Positions 63,335 to 64,000 of a DNA stretch of 64,000 nucleotides are shown piece by piece. The notes under the pieces are model-generated. The model ran no database searches. It was not told where the DNA came from and saw only the letters and a program-made list of their open reading frames with translations. Numbering within the stretch: position 1 is the first letter of the stretch; each line of letters opens with the position of its first letter. The translations under genes were made by a program, and so were the position numbers. Source of the DNA: an uncultured Acidobacteriota bacterium (GTDB lineage Bacteria; Acidobacteriota; Thermoanaerobaculia; UBA5066; Gp7-AA6); assembly GCA_963764715.1 (NCBI GenBank), contig CAVXTP010000022.1, positions 192,001 through 256,000 on the forward strand. The letters run 5' to 3'.

Positions 63335-64000
63335 ATGGCGGAGAAATACGCACCCGGGGAGATCGAAGGCAAGTGGCAGCGCCGCTGGGCCGAGGCGCGC
63401 GTCGCCTACGTCGACACGGCCGTCGCGGGCGACGAGTTCTACATGCTCAACATGTACCCGTACCCGTCCGGCAGCCGCCTCCACGTGGGCCACGGGCGCA
63501 ACTACATCCTGGGCGACGCCCTCTACCGCCGTCAGCGGATGGCGGGCCGGAAGGCCCTGAACCCGATGGGCTGGGACGCCTTCGGCCTGCCGGCCGAGAA
63601 CGCGGCGATCCAGAGCGGCGTCCACCCGCGCGAGTACACGCTGGCGAACATCGGCCGCATGAAGGAGCAGCTCTTCAGCCCTGGGCTGCCTCTACGACTG
63701 GTCCAAGGAGCTCGCGTCGTGCGATCCCGCGTACTACCGCTGGAACCAGTGGCTCTTCCTCCGGATGTGGGAGCGCGGGCTCGCGTACCGCAAGACGGCT
63801 CCGGTCAACTGGTGCCCGGGCTGCCGCACCGTCCTCGCCAACGAGCAGGTCGTCGACGGACGCTGCGAGCGCTCCGACGACCTCGTCGAGATCCGCGACC
63901 TGACGCAGTGGTTCTTCCGGGTGACCGACTACGCCGAGCGCCTGCTCGAGGGCCTCGACCGGCTGCCGCACTGGTCCGAGCGGGTCAAGACGATGCAGCG
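63335..64000 (+). CDS. leuS: leucine--tRNA ligase (3' partial); +1 frameshift at about 63679
   Basis: IEGKWQ, YPYPSG..LHVGH (HIGH motif), [33 protein letters not shown]. Confidence 0.95.
   Translation, partial: MAEKYAPGEIEGKWQRRWAEARVAYVDTAVAGDEFYMLNMYPYPSGSRLHVGHGRNYILGDALYRRQRMAGRKALNPMGWDAFGLPAENAAIQSGVHPREYTLANIGRMKEQLFSPGLPLRLVQGARVVRSRVLPLEPVALPPDVGARARVPQDGSGQLVPGLPHRPRQRAGRRRTLRALRRPRRDPRPDAVVLPGDRLRRAPARGPRPAAALVRAGQDDAA

Overview
High-GC bacterial chromosomal window. Gene content and protein style suggest Acidobacteriota, probably Thermoanaerobaculia (inference). It is mostly housekeeping and envelope genes: rimM-trmD-rplS-rnhB, a large TPR protein, orphan ABC ATPases, TolC-Yip1-ABC, four GT-C-type membrane glycosyltransferase-like genes, signalling genes (PP2C, DUF4388-like plus GGDEF, orphan histidine kinase), asnS-rimO-ribF, trxA, a MacAB-type efflux set, and lysS-lolE-lolD-clpC-bamA-skp-lpxD-fabZ-lpxA-(gnnA-like)-mtnP-pfkB-ribH-nusB-transglutaminase-leuS. 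I saw no rRNA, tRNA, CRISPR, transposase or integrase. The best signal is a metal-homeostasis locus at 30.5-34.9 kb. There a small secreted leader ORF (CxxC plus C-terminal RSPP, DUF2946/CruR/CutF-like) has S-P-P-S-G codons complementary to the Shine-Dalgarno of the next gene, and it precedes an outer-membrane barrel-SBP-permease operon with no ATPase. This operon is flanked by an internally deleted NRAMP pseudogene and a divergent CDF-like transporter. Other observations: a GTAG-REP next to a multi-branched GNA-triloop DNA element, two inverted heptamer-repeat elements, many apparently leaderless promoters, a Zn-knuckle/Fe-S fusion protein, and 12 single-base frameshifts confined to 47.4-64 kb that look like long-read consensus errors.
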